A stretch of 26,486 nucleotides of DNA from Pseudomonadota bacterium (GTDB taxonomy: Bacteria > Bdellovibrionota > Bdellovibrionia > Bdellovibrionales > SG-bin7). The stretch spans positions 1 to 26,486 of the forward strand of contig JAWXAY010000050.1 in the NCBI GenBank assembly GCA_034439715.1, written 5' to 3'. The stretch's first letter is position 1, and each line of letters begins with the position of its first letter. Below are positions 26,230 through 26,486 of this stretch, one piece after another. The notes beneath the pieces are model-generated. The model had not been told where the DNA came from. It did no database searches and saw only the letters and a list, made by a program, of their open reading frames with translations. A program made the translations under genes and the position numbers.

Positions 26230-26486
26230 TCGCGTTCTTTCCACCACAATTTGCATAAACTCACGCGCTTTGAAACTGAATCTTTGGGGCTACCAAACTG
26301 CTTCTTGGTGAGTCGTTCTAAAGCTGAAACCGCAGGGGCATAGAGTGTCGGGTCCTTGTCATTTAATATTTTGATAAATCGAGACTCATCGACCGGTTGG
26401 CCCATTTCTTCCAGCGTCTCAACAATGTGGAGACGAAGACAAAGGGTCTAGTGCACTACATAATATTGTTATTCATCAAGCTCGCA
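26226..26486 (-). pseudogene. C-terminus of a HEAT-repeat-like protein with two in-frame stops near the window edge
   Basis: One frame reads CELDE*QYYVVH*TLCLRLHIVETLEEMG...ILNDKDPTLYAPAVSALERLT...WWKERD*. Confidence 0.55.

Overview
AT-rich (about 41% GC by eye), gene-dense bacterial chromosomal segment. It is probably from a Bdellovibrionota-like lineage, inferred from an FQNC-type lipoprotein, an RxPAS motif and many secreted hypothetical proteins; this is not verified. In order it contains: the radA C-terminus; a fungal-like GH15 glucoamylase and a GlgB-like GH13, both with signal peptides; a lipoprotein; glpK divergent from an acyltransferase; a Flp-like pilin; TlpA; a signal-peptide-bearing FAD oxidoreductase; an HUH/Y1 transposase-like gene; hutI; a gluzincin lipoprotein; a HAD/YhdH/PAP2 (frameshifted)/FKBP/LTA-synthase-family run; secreted hypotheticals; STAS, SDR, DUF2799-like and receiver genes; a cold-shock gene; tRNA-Met; and a stop-interrupted HEAT-like gene at the right edge. 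Most notable: normally cytoplasmic enzyme families carry export signals, two of them sharing a terminal T-C-P-x-x-F tag, and there is a candidate exported glycogen-harvesting pair. Several sigma54- and sigma28-like promoters precede secreted-protein genes. No CRISPR array or prophage was seen.
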